Source: a virus (lineage: Duplodnaviria; Caudoviricetes). From it: a DNA stretch of 36,311 bases. Of the stretch, positions 36,311 to 36,311 are shown piece by piece; the stretch's first letter is position 1; the number at the start of each line of letters is the position of its first letter. Location: IMG/VR virus record IMGVR_UViG_3300017773_000045, positions 1 to 36,311 of that record. One strand, given 5' to 3'. The notes beneath the pieces are model-generated. The model saw only the letters and a program-made list of their open reading frames with translations. It was not told the origin of the DNA and did not search any database. Made by a program: the position numbers and the translations under genes.

Positions 36311-36311
36311 G

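Noticed and set aside
1-36311. Stop-codon reassignment, CRISPR array, DGR or IS elements
   Set aside because: Genes are full length in the standard code using TAA, TGA and TAG stops. No repeat-spacer array, reverse transcriptase or transposase was seen by eye.

Overview
This AT-rich window is a fragment of a lytic, podovirus-type dsDNA phage genome, most likely infecting a (marine) Bacteroidota/Flavobacteriia host. The host is inferred from A-rich translation starts lacking Shine-Dalgarno sequences, a Bacteroidota-type tRNA-Ala, and a gene order recalled as resembling Cellulophaga phi38:1-like / crAss-related phages; none of this was checked by a database search. On the + strand (1-1958) lie the 3' part of a class II (B12-dependent) ribonucleotide reductase, two unannotated micro-ORFs and tRNA-Ala(UGC), ending at a bidirectional terminator. 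The rest (2039-36311) is one long minus-strand late module. In reading order it holds: T7-type amidase endolysin (partial), membrane/coiled-coil protein, small basic proteins, zincin-like protein, holin, tandem GroES-like protein, terminase, portal, scaffold, major capsid protein, ring/tail-tube proteins, two tail stabilisation proteins, a GNAT-like protein, three putative ejection proteins, a PAP2 phosphatase and more small basic proteins. The most notable points are (i) a 2846-aa putative ejection protein carrying an HExxH metallopeptidase motif, a possible sigma-region-2-like segment and an intact HAD phosphatase domain, followed by a second (PAP2) phosphatase gene; (ii) small Lys/Arg-rich modular proteins sharing [S/T/G]-P-hydrophobic linkers, which may be a protease-processing or capsid-targeting system; (iii) a 16-aa CxxC-CxxC micro-peptide; and (iv) a repeated candidate late-promoter motif AAGTGATTATA.
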